Assembly (NCBI GenBank): GCA_965652295.1
Contig: CBFGTS010000001.1
Coordinates: forward strand, 544,001-608,000
Origin: an uncultured Haloferula sp.
GTDB lineage: Bacteria; Verrucomicrobiota; Verrucomicrobiia; Verrucomicrobiales; Akkermansiaceae
Length of the DNA: 64,000 bases
Reading direction: 5' to 3'
The translations under genes were made by a program, and so were the position numbers. The notes below the pieces were generated by a model. The model was not told the DNA's origin. It was given only the letters and a program-made list of their open reading frames with translations, and ran no database searches. Shown here piece after piece: positions 27,394 through 35,680 of the stretch; position 1 is the stretch's first letter, and the number at the start of each line of letters is the position of its first letter.

Positions 27394-29031
27394 TCAGCGG
27401 TGATCGAGTTGGCTTTTGGTGACCAACTGCCTTCTGAGCGAGGCGGCGGCGGCGATGTCGCCGGTCTCTTCGAGGATATTTGCGAGGATGCGGATCGTGT
27501 CGGGATCGGCTGGCATGAGGCGGAGCGCGTTCCAGAGAGACGCCGTGGCTTCGTCGAGGTGCCCGAGCTTGGCGAGACCGGATCCGAGCACGGTGTGCGC
27601 AAAAGGAATGTCGGGGCGAAGATCGATGGCTTGCCGGGCCTCCGCCACCGAAGTTTCCAAGTCGCCTTGAGCCGCTGAAGAAATCGAAAGCCCGAGCCGG
27701 ACCAAGGGATCGTCGGGGAGCTCGGTCGCCATCCGGCTGGAGAGTCGCGACAGCCGTTGCCAGTCCCGGATCCGGTAGAGAAGCAGGGCGAGATCGAGAG
27801 CGGTGGACGGATTGATTTCATCCAATCGGAGCACTTCGTCCAATAGAGGGATTCCCCTCCGGGAATCCTTTTCCAGAAAGCACGTCCACGCATCGAGCAC
27901 GCCGAGAGCCCCGGGTGGGTGGGAATAATGTTTCAGGATTTCCAGCACCTCGCGGGCGCGAGCAGGCCTTTTCAGTTCGAGTAAACAACGGGCGTGAGTG
28001 CGACCGTAGTCCGGGTGCTCCGGATAGCATTGGAATACGTGATCAAGATGCTTGGACGCTTCCTCAAGCAGGTTGGCATCCATCAGGCTGCAAGCGAGGT
28101 TCCAGTGTTCCTCAAGATGGTCGGGCCCTGGTCCGGGAGACGGGAGAAGGCGTGTCTGGCGGCGACGCCGGGACGTCTCGCGGCGAGTTGGCATTGCCAA
28201 CCAAGCATCGAGAAGCTTGCCCTCCATTTTCGGCGGCACTGCGACCCCGCGGCTGGCGAGAAGAGTGGGGGCGATATCGAGGATCGAGGCACCTCCCGGG
28301 CCGGCGGAAGGCAGGAGGCCGCAACCGGCGAGAATGGCTTCGGCCCGCGCGGCCCCGGGCTCCGGCCGCGAGAATGACTCGCTGCGCAGGGAAACCAACA
28401 GCATCCGATGAAGAGGACCTGCCAACTGGGTTAATCTTGCGACCATCATCGTGAGCAAGCCCGCACCACTCGACTCCGGAAGGTCGAAGCGTTCGCAGAG
28501 ATGGGCGGGAAATACGAATCTCACCGATGCGACGGTCCACTCGCCCCGCTCCATGGCTTCGGTGATATGGAGATGCGTGGTGAACGCTTCCGCCAGGATC
28601 GACCGGGCCCACTCCAGCAGCTCTTCGCCGGCGTGCTTTAACTGCGGGGGCGAGAGGATTTCGCGTAGGATCGAAGCATCGATGTCATCCGGCATGACCG
28701 CGACGTCTGGTGGATCGTAAGCGATTGGGAAAGGAGGAAGCAGCGTCGCCCAACCCGCGCTCGCCACGCTTTCCCCGGGTGACGATGCCAGCAGCTCAAG
28801 GCAGGATCCCTGAATGGCCCGAGACGAGTCTGGGACCAGCCGGCCGTGGTGGTGGGCGCGCAGGCTGGTCAGCAGGGAGTCTTCCAGTGCTTCCCCGAAG
28901 CGGGGGGGTGGCAGGCTCAGCGACAGAACGGTGGTTTGACCATAGCTTGCATTCATGGCGCTCACGAGCCGGGTGAAGCCGGCCGGATCCAGTCCTTCGA
29001 TCACTACCAGAATCACCGGGAAAGGCTTCAT
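27394..29031 (-). CDS. TPR-containing protein with degenerate alkaline-phosphatase/phosphodiesterase-like N-terminus
   Basis: N-terminal VILVVIEGLD and ASILDIAPTLL resemble phosphodiesterase-family motifs; C-terminal TPR-like repeats (AIDLRPD...AHTVLG, ALRLMPAD). ATG 29031 overlaps the upstream stop as ATGA. Confidence 0.6.
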   Translation of the reverse strand: MKPFPVILVVIEGLDPAGFTRLVSAMNASYGQTTVLSLSLPPPRFGEALEDSLLTSLRAHHHGRLVPDSSRAIQGSCLELLASSPGESVASAGWATLLPPFPIAYDPPDVAVMPDDIDASILREILSPPQLKHAGEELLEWARSILAEAFTTHLHITEAMERGEWTVASVRFVFPAHLCERFDLPESSGAGLLTMMVARLTQLAGPLHRMLLVSLRSESFSRPEPGAARAEAILAGCGLLPSAGPGGASILDIAPTLLASRGVAVPPKMEGKLLDAWLAMPTRRETSRRRRQTRLLPSPGPGPDHLEEHWNLACSLMDANLLEEASKHLDHVFQCYPEHPDYGRTHARCLLELKRPARAREVLEILKHYSHPPGALGVLDAWTCFLEKDSRRGIPLLDEVLRLDEINPSTALDLALLLYRIRDWQRLSRLSSRMATELPDDPLVRLGLSISSAAQGDLETSVAEARQAIDLRPDIPFAHTVLGSGLAKLGHLDEATASLWNALRLMPADPDTIRILANILEETGDIAAAASLRRQLVTKSQLDHR

Positions 29032-29888
29032 GCGGGAATGGGGCGGGGGGTTAACGAAAGACTCCAGACCCACGCGGCAGGCAACTCCTCGGCGTCGAGC
29101 CGGCGGGCGAGGCTAAGAGTCTCGCGGTGTTCGTCGGGACGGGCTTCGAACTCGCAGAACGCAACGCTCGGAGGCAACCGTCTCTCCAGTTCGTGAAGCA
29201 ACAACAGATTTCCCAGTCCTCTTCCCCCGGGAAAGTCTCTTGCCACCGCGCGTACATGAAAGCTGACGACGTCCCGCGAGGTCCGATGAAGGATCGCCAC
29301 GGCACCAACCGTGTCTCCATGAAGGATGACCAGAGACAAGTCCTCCTGGCAGCCACTGCGAAGCAGGCCGTCCTCAAGGGAGAACGAAGCCAGTAACGGG
29401 GCCACCAAGGCGGGATGAACTTCGCGGAGGGTTTTGAAATGAATCGGGAGGGAGGTTTTTCTCGATCCGATGAGACGGGATCGCCCGAGTCGTTGACGGA
29501 TGCTGCTGATCCGGATGCGGAAACGATGCTGGGCAGGTGAGGGGGAAAAACCGGCGGATCGCAATGCCCTCGCCGAAGGATGCTCGAAGGGAAAGGCTCG
29601 TTCCGTTCGAAGCCCCGTTTCTCCTTCCTGCCGGACCTGGGAGACGAAGGATAAGATCAATGAACGGGCGGAGTCCTCATCCAGGACCGGACTTAGGAAA
29701 ATGAGGAATCGAGCGGGCCCCATGCCCGGAGTCGGCCGCCAGGTTGCGGAGGCAACGCAGTGATCCACCGCGTGAGTCCGTGCGAAAGCTGCCCAGCAGT
29801 GGGACCCGCTGTCAGCGTCCCCCGTCAAGCTGCGACAGCGGAGCCGTTCCCAATCGGTGCTTGGGACTCCACAGCGCAGCGTTTCCAT
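29028..29888 (-). CDS. Hypothetical protein, possibly tandem GNAT-like fold
   Basis: ATG 29888 lies just after the PEP-CTERM stop; VRAVARDFPGGRGLG resembles a GNAT motif A; coupled to the next gene by an ATGA overlap. Confidence 0.45.
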   Translation of the reverse strand: METLRCGVPSTDWERLRCRSLTGDADSGSHCWAAFARTHAVDHCVASATWRPTPGMGPARFLIFLSPVLDEDSARSLILSFVSQVRQEGETGLRTERAFPFEHPSARALRSAGFSPSPAQHRFRIRISSIRQRLGRSRLIGSRKTSLPIHFKTLREVHPALVAPLLASFSLEDGLLRSGCQEDLSLVILHGDTVGAVAILHRTSRDVVSFHVRAVARDFPGGRGLGNLLLLHELERRLPPSVAFCEFEARPDEHRETLSLARRLDAEELPAAWVWSLSLTPRPIPA

Positions 29889-29895
29889 GACGGTG

Positions 29896-30669
29896 TCAGT
29901 GCCCGGCGTGGCGGCGTCGGCGCAGTGTGGCCAGCCCCCCGGCCCCGAGCGCGAGAAGCGCGGCGGAGGAAGGCTCGGGGACAAGCTCGGCCGGGGTGGT
30001 GATGGCGACCCCAGGAGTGGTCTCGTAGCCCCAACGGTGCACGGTCATGGAAGAGTTGTTGGCGTCGAAGGTGAGTTCGATCCAGCCGAAGTGGAAATTA
30101 CCATTGCCGGTATTGTTTCCGGCAACCCCGTCATCTTCTTCAAGACGGAAGCCATAGAAACCTTGAATCGTTCCGCCATTGTCCGCGGCGTCAACCTCCC
30201 AGTCCGTGTTCACCGTTGAATCGCCGGTATGAATGCCTCCAGAGGTGCCAAGATATGAGCTTCCGGACCCAATGGCATGGTTCACTCCGAGCCGATCCGG
30301 GGTCAGATTGTGAGAGGTGCCTTTGACTCCAAAGCCGAGCCGATCCCCCAGATCGATGGGCGTGTCAGGGTCAACGTGCGGGCCGCTCTCAATCGCAAGG
30401 GTGGTTCCCGATGCTCCTCCGTCGTAAGCATAGAGGACGAAATCATAGGGACCCAGAGCGTAAGAGTTGTCGCCTGGGTTGGTGTGGCTTACCAAGCCAT
30501 TATCGACATCGATGAAGTAGAACTGTTCTCCGGCGGTGAAATCAATGGTGACGTCCACGGGATCATGAATGATCACGGCTCCCGAGACAGGAGCAATGAC
30601 TGCTGCAGCGGCCAAACCGCCTGTTCTGATAGAATTCGTGGAACGATGGGTGGGTGCCGTGGATTTCAT
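29896..30669 (-). CDS. PEP-CTERM sorting domain protein
   Basis: N-terminal signal-like segment, FHFGWIELT motif, C-terminal VPEPSSAALLALGAGGLATLRRRR. Confidence 0.9.
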   Translation of the reverse strand: MKSTAPTHRSTNSIRTGGLAAAAVIAPVSGAVIIHDPVDVTIDFTAGEQFYFIDVDNGLVSHTNPGDNSYALGPYDFVLYAYDGGASGTTLAIESGPHVDPDTPIDLGDRLGFGVKGTSHNLTPDRLGVNHAIGSGSSYLGTSGGIHTGDSTVNTDWEVDAADNGGTIQGFYGFRLEEDDGVAGNNTGNGNFHFGWIELTFDANNSSMTVHRWGYETTPGVAITTPAELVPEPSSAALLALGAGGLATLRRRRHAGH

Positions 30670-30753
30670 CGGCGTTTTTCATAAATGTGCATAAGCTGTC
30701 TTATCCAGTGAAAACTACACTGAGAGAGTTTTTGGGGGCTGAAAGACTTGTCT

Positions 30754-30830
30754 CCGGCCCGCCGCTGGACACACCGGAAGCCCACCGCGCCGCCGCCGAT
30801 CTCAAGCCCGCCTTCCCCGGGAAACGCTGA
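30754..30830 (+). repeat. 77-bp direct repeat, copy 2 (orphan sulfatase 3' end including stop codon)
   Basis: Encodes the same terminal residues GPPLDTPEAHRAAADLKPAFPGKR-stop; the two differences are TTT/TTC and CCG/CCC. Confidence 0.95.
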
Positions 30831-30891
30831 GAGCCGCGGGTGGCGAAAACCTTCGCAAGCGGTTGACGGCGGCGCTAGCCTGCGGGCGGCT

Positions 30892-31458
30892 TTGGACGAA
30901 GAAGGCGATTTCACCAGGATTCTCAAAACGGCGGGTGCCAGGGGCGACCTTCCGTCGGAGGATCTGTTGCCACTGGTCTACGATGAGCTGCGCAGCGTGG
31001 CGGCGGCGAGGCTTCGGGGTGAGGCCGGCGGGCAGACGCTGCAGGCCACGGCGCTGGTGCACGAAGCCTGGCTGCGGGTGGCGGCAAAGGGCGGCCGGAG
31101 GTGGAACGACCGCGCCCACTTTTTCCGCGTCGCGGCGCTGGAGATGCGCCGCATTCTCGTCCAGAACGCCCGGCGGAAGGCATCGCTGAAACGTGGGTCC
31201 GAGTTCAAGCGGGTCGATTTCGAGGGCCTGGAACTCGCTGAAGCCGAGCCGGACGAGCGAATCCTGCTGATCGATGAGGCGCTGAAGCGGCTGGAAACGG
31301 AAGATCCCGACAGCGCGCGGATTGTGACATTGAAGTTTTTCGGAGGCCTGACGAATCAGGAGATCGCCGGTATGGACGGAGTCACGGAACGGACGATCGA
31401 ACGCAAGTGGGCCTTCGCCCGCACGCTGCTGTTCGAGGTGATCCGGGATGAAATCTGA
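30892..31458 (+). CDS. ECF sigma factor, kinase-associated PVC type
   Basis: LLPLVYDELR, QTLQATALVHEAWL, WNDRAHFF and LKFFGGLT motifs. Start placed at TTG 30892 by comparison with the paralog at 41549. Confidence 0.88.
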   Translation: MDEEGDFTRILKTAGARGDLPSEDLLPLVYDELRSVAAARLRGEAGGQTLQATALVHEAWLRVAAKGGRRWNDRAHFFRVAALEMRRILVQNARRKASLKRGSEFKRVDFEGLELAEAEPDERILLIDEALKRLETEDPDSARIVTLKFFGGLTNQEIAGMDGVTERTIERKWAFARTLLFEVIRDEI

Positions 31459-31464
31459 GACGTC

Positions 31465-33660
31465 ATGGATAGCCGGAAGTCCACCCCGCCGCTGCGAGTC
31501 CTCTTTGACTCGCTGAGCCAGTTGGAGAGCCGCGAGGAACGCGAGGCGTTCCTGGATTTCACGTGCCGCGATGACCCCGGCCTCCGAGACCGGCTGGAGC
31601 GCCTGCTCGCGCTGCGCCACGATGCGCGGGAGTTCTTCGAAATGCAACCGGCCCCGATGGCCAGCAGCGACGAGGCGGATGATCAGGACGGCGACACCCG
31701 CATCGGACGCTACCGGCTGCTGGGCCGGCTCGGCGAGGGCGGCTGCGGCGTGGTGTATCTGGCGGAACAGCAGGAGCCGGTGAAACGGCGCGTGGCGCTG
31801 AAGATCATCCGGCTCGGGATGGACACGGAGAACGTCATTGCCCGCTTCGAAATGGAGCGGCAGGCGCTGGCGATGATGGACCATCCGAATATCGCCAGGG
31901 TGCTCGATGTGGGGGCGACGACGAGCGGCCGGCCGTATTTCGTGATGCAGCTCGTGGACGGTGAGAAAATCACCGATTACTGCGATGCGAAGCGGCTCGG
32001 AATCCGGGAGCGGCTGATGTTTTTCATCCGCATCTGCCACGCCGTGCAGCACGCTCACCAGAAGGGGGTGATCCATCGCGACATCAAACCCTCCAACATC
32101 CTGGTCTGGGAACACGACGGTGAGGCGGTGCCCAAGGTGATCGACTTCGGGATCGCGAAGGCGACGAACGCGGGATTGGACGGGCGGGCGACTTTTACCT
32201 CCGACGGACAGTTCGTGGGCACCCCTGCCTACATGAGTCCGGAGCAGGCCGCGGGCACGGCGCTGGATATCGACACGCGGACGGACATCTACAGTCTTGG
32301 AGCGCTGTTGTATGAGTTGCTCTCGGGACAGCCGCCCTTTGACCCGGTGGAGCTGCGCCAGCTGGGAGCGGAAGAGATCCGCTCGATCCTGGGTGAAAGG
32401 GAGCCGGCGGCACCTTCGGTGGCGCTCGGGTTGCTTTCGGAGGACGTGCGGGCCGAGGTGGCCGCCCGGCGGGGCTGTGAAATTCAGAAACTCTCGGGTC
32501 AGATCCGCGACGATCTTGACCGGATCGTGATGAAGGCGATGGCGAAGGACCGCCAGCACCGCTACTCGGGAGCGGATGCGCTGGCTGCGGACGTGCTGTG
32601 CTTTCTCAATGACGAGCCGGTTTCCGCGCGTCCTCCGGGAGGCTTCTATCGTTTCGGGAAACTCGTCCGTCGGAACAGGGCGGCGTTTGCGGCGGGAGTG
32701 GTGGTTTTCGCCTCGCTGGTGCTGGGTCTCGGCGCGGCGACGGCGATGTACTTCCGCGCGAACCGGGCGCGGGAGGCGGCGGAGCTGGCGCGGGCGAACG
32801 AGGCCGCGCTACGGCAACAGGCGGAGATCGGGCAGAACATCGCCCGGGCGGCGGTGCTGGTGCGTTACCAGAAATTTGCGGAAGCGGACGAGTTGCTGTC
32901 GGGCATCGGGCCCGCCGACATCGAGCCCTCCTTGGAAAGCGCCGAGGTCTCCCGGGCGCTGGGCCTGTGGCATGCCCGCGAGGGTCGGTGGAAGGAGGCG
33001 GCGAACCGGTTCGCGGCGCTGGCCTTTTCGATGGCGAGCGCGGACAGCACGGACAGCGAGAACATTTCCATCGATATCCAACCCGCGGCCTCGACCCTGT
33101 GTGCGGCTGGCGACTTGGAAGGATACGAAAAGCTCCGTCGGATGGCGGTGGCGCGGTTCGGTGGAAGCTCGAATCCGATCGTCGCCGAGCAGGTGGTGAA
33201 ACCCTGCCTGTTGGTGCCGGCGGAAACAGAGGTTCTGGAGGGCCTCGCCCACCTGGAGGAGGTGATGTTGACGCATCATGAGACTCACGCTCCGGCCACT
33301 GATTTCGAGCGGAACCTGGCGTCCTGGCGCGAGTTCGCGATCGCCCTGATCGAGTACCGGAAAGGGAATTTCGAGAGAGGCTACGAATGGATCGAACAGT
33401 GTACGTGTGGAACTCACGAGAATCCGGCACGTGCTGCGATCGCGTGGGCGCTGCGGTCGATGCTCCGCCACCGTCTGGGGCACCCGGATGTCGCCCGGCA
33501 GGATCTTGCTGCGGCGCGGTTCATCGTGGCCGAGGCAATGACGGAGGACGGTGGCATTTTCGCTCACAACGAACCTGCCTGGCAGGATTGGCTGAATGCG
33601 CAGGGCATGATCCGCGAGGCGGAAGCGCTGTTGAACAGCAGCGATAGGGATCCTCCGTGA
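31465..33660 (+). CDS. Hanks-type Ser/Thr protein kinase with TM helix and helical C-terminal domain
   Basis: LGEGGCGVV, VALK, IHRDIKPSN, DFG and GTPAYMSPEQ; hydrophobic helix after RRNR. Confidence 0.93.
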   Translation: MDSRKSTPPLRVLFDSLSQLESREEREAFLDFTCRDDPGLRDRLERLLALRHDAREFFEMQPAPMASSDEADDQDGDTRIGRYRLLGRLGEGGCGVVYLAEQQEPVKRRVALKIIRLGMDTENVIARFEMERQALAMMDHPNIARVLDVGATTSGRPYFVMQLVDGEKITDYCDAKRLGIRERLMFFIRICHAVQHAHQKGVIHRDIKPSNILVWEHDGEAVPKVIDFGIAKATNAGLDGRATFTSDGQFVGTPAYMSPEQAAGTALDIDTRTDIYSLGALLYELLSGQPPFDPVELRQLGAEEIRSILGEREPAAPSVALGLLSEDVRAEVAARRGCEIQKLSGQIRDDLDRIVMKAMAKDRQHRYSGADALAADVLCFLNDEPVSARPPGGFYRFGKLVRRNRAAFAAGVVVFASLVLGLGAATAMYFRANRAREAAELARANEAALRQQAEIGQNIARAAVLVRYQKFAEADELLSGIGPADIEPSLESAEVSRALGLWHAREGRWKEAANRFAALAFSMASADSTDSENISIDIQPAASTLCAAGDLEGYEKLRRMAVARFGGSSNPIVAEQVVKPCLLVPAETEVLEGLAHLEEVMLTHHETHAPATDFERNLASWREFAIALIEYRKGNFERGYEWIEQCTCGTHENPARAAIAWALRSMLRHRLGHPDVARQDLAAARFIVAEAMTEDGGIFAHNEPAWQDWLNAQGMIREAEALLNSSDRDPP

Positions 33661-33667
33661 AATTTCC

Positions 33668-33696
33668 TGTCGGGTTTTTCCGTTCCATCGCACGTT
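33668..33696 (+). promoter_or_regulatory. Putative ECF promoter TGTCGG-N19-CGTT
   Basis: tgtcgggtttttccgttccatcgcacgtt; same spacing and GCACGT end as the site at 35572. Confidence 0.6.
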
Positions 33697-33751
33697 CTTC
33701 GAAGGTCGCGCGTGCGGCCGTCACCCTCATTCTCCATCATTTCATCGAGCT

Positions 33752-35530
33752 GTGAAGTTTCTCCGTTCTTTCTCCCTTTCGCTTCTTTTCATTCCTTCCC
33801 TCTCCCTCGCGCACGACAGCGCCTTTCACTCATGGGCCGAGCGTCCGCCGCTCGGATGGAACAGCTGGGACATTTTCGGCACGACCGTGACCGAGCGCCA
33901 GATCCGCGAGCAGGCGGGGGCGATGGCGGAGCATCTGCTGCCGTCCGGGTATGATGTCCTGACGGTGGACATCCAATGGTATGAGCCGAAGGCCAAAGGT
34001 CACGCTTACACGCCGGGCGCGACCCTGGAGATGGACGAATACGGGCGCCTGATGCCTGCGACCAACCGGTTCCCCTCCGCCTCGAAGGGCAAGGGCTTCA
34101 AGCCGCTCGCCGACTTCGTGCATTCGAAGGGACTGCGTTTCGGCATCCACATCATGCGCGGGATTCCCCGGCAAGCGGTGGAGGAAAACACTCCGGTGCT
34201 GGGAACCGACCTGCGGGCTCAGGATGTGGCATTGACCCATTCGACCTGTCCGTGGAATCCGGACATGTATGGCGTGGATGCCACGAAGCCGGAGGGGCAG
34301 GCTTACTACGATTCGATCTTCGCGCTCTACGCCTCGTGGGGCGTGGACTTCGTGAAGGTGGACGACATTTCACGTCCGTATGACGACGTCCAGAAGGCCG
34401 AGATCGAGGCGATCCGGAAAGCGATCGACAAGACCGGCCGCAAGATCGTGCTGAGTCTTTCGCCCGGCGCCACGCCGGTGAGCGCCGGACCCCACGTGAT
34501 GGAGCACGCCAACATGTGGCGGATCACCGATGATTTCTGGGATCGCTGGGGGCTGCTGCATGCGATGTTCGAGCGGGTGGATGCCTGGACGCCTTACCGC
34601 GGTCCGGGGCATTGGCCGGATGCCGACATGCTGCCCATCGGAGTGGTGGACTTCGGCCGGCCCACCCGGTTCACCAAGGACGAGCAATACACGTTGATGA
34701 GTCTGTGGAGCATCGCCCGTTCGCCGCTGATCTTTGGAGGTGACATGACGAAGCTCGATGATTTCACCAAGGAAATGCTGACCCACCCCGAGATGCTCGC
34801 GGTGAACCAGCGGAGCACCAACAACCGCCAGGTCTCGCGGGAGGACAATCTGATCGTCTGGACCGCGGATGTTCCCGACAGCGAGGACAAGTATGTGGCG
34901 CTCTTCAACGCACAGAGCAGGGGGGATCACGTGGATTTCGCCAATGCCGATTATGCCAGCCCGGTGATTGCGGGCGCCGGGCAGTCGCAGCGGGTCGAGG
35001 TTTCGGTCAAAGGTGGTAAGCGTCTTGTTCTTTTCGTCCGTGATGGCGGTGACGGGTTTGCGTTCGATCACGCGGCATGGGTGGACCCGGTGCTGCGGGG
35101 GCCGCGGGGCGAGATGAAGCTCACGGATCTGAAATGGAGCATGGCCAAGGCGGGGTGGGGTGAAACCCGTGTGGACCGGACCTGCGATGACAAGCCGCTG
35201 GAGATCGGCGGAAAGCGCGTCAACGGCATCGGCACCCACGCGGAATCGGTGGTGATCTATGATCTGCCGGAAGGATACGAGACGTTCACGGCCACCGGGG
35301 TGATGATGAAGGAAGGCTCGGTGGTCTTCGGCGTGCTCGTGGATCGGAGTGCGGAGGAGATTTCCGACACCAGTGAGGTGGCGGTGGAGTTCAAGGACAT
35401 CGGCCTCTCCGGCAAGGCGATGGTCCGCGACCTCTGGGCGCGGAAAAACCTCGGCACCTTCGACGGCCGGTTTTCACAGAAGCTGCCTCTGCACGGAGCG
35501 GGTCTTTACCGCCTGCGGCCGGTGGAGTGA
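33752..35530 (+). CDS. GH27 glycoside hydrolase with NPCBM/NEW2-like domain
   Basis: PPLGWNSWD, VDIQW, DFVKVDD, WRITDDFWD and WPDADML; GIGTHAES / DHAAWVD NPCBM-like insert; signal peptide. Confidence 0.9.
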   Translation: MKFLRSFSLSLLFIPSLSLAHDSAFHSWAERPPLGWNSWDIFGTTVTERQIREQAGAMAEHLLPSGYDVLTVDIQWYEPKAKGHAYTPGATLEMDEYGRLMPATNRFPSASKGKGFKPLADFVHSKGLRFGIHIMRGIPRQAVEENTPVLGTDLRAQDVALTHSTCPWNPDMYGVDATKPEGQAYYDSIFALYASWGVDFVKVDDISRPYDDVQKAEIEAIRKAIDKTGRKIVLSLSPGATPVSAGPHVMEHANMWRITDDFWDRWGLLHAMFERVDAWTPYRGPGHWPDADMLPIGVVDFGRPTRFTKDEQYTLMSLWSIARSPLIFGGDMTKLDDFTKEMLTHPEMLAVNQRSTNNRQVSREDNLIVWTADVPDSEDKYVALFNAQSRGDHVDFANADYASPVIAGAGQSQRVEVSVKGGKRLVLFVRDGGDGFAFDHAAWVDPVLRGPRGEMKLTDLKWSMAKAGWGETRVDRTCDDKPLEIGGKRVNGIGTHAESVVIYDLPEGYETFTATGVMMKEGSVVFGVLVDRSAEEISDTSEVAVEFKDIGLSGKAMVRDLWARKNLGTFDGRFSQKLPLHGAGLYRLRPVE

Positions 35531-35562
35531 TCCCGATGGCGATCGGAGGGCCGCTTTTTTTT
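35531..35562 (+). terminator. Possible intrinsic terminator
   Basis: Short hairpin ccgat-ggcg-atcgg followed by a run of 8 T directly after the GH27 stop. Confidence 0.45.
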
Positions 35563-35571
35563 CAGGAGCCG

Positions 35572-35600
35572 TGTCGGGTTTTGAACCGGCGCTGCACGTC
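35572..35600 (+). promoter_or_regulatory. Putative ECF promoter TGTCGG-N19-CGTC
   Basis: tgtcgggttttgaaccggcgctgcacgtc, upstream of the second GH27. Confidence 0.6.
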
Positions 35601-35680
35601 TTCCACGTGAGACCGCTTTGGTGACCCGGACCCCCGCTTCGGGGGAACTCCGCCAAAGCGGGAAACCCGTGGAACCCTAA

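Larger units (their letters stand above)
27323..30753. mobile_element. Putative inserted islet without integrase, bounded by the 77-bp direct repeat
   Basis: Flanking duplication of a gene 3' end; three genes on the opposite strand with visibly more A/T-ending codons than the neighbours. Confidence 0.6.

Noticed and set aside
30748..30891. N-terminal extension of the first ECF sigma in the ORF track
   Set aside because: It runs through the duplicated sulfatase end in another frame and has no counterpart in the paralogous sigma.
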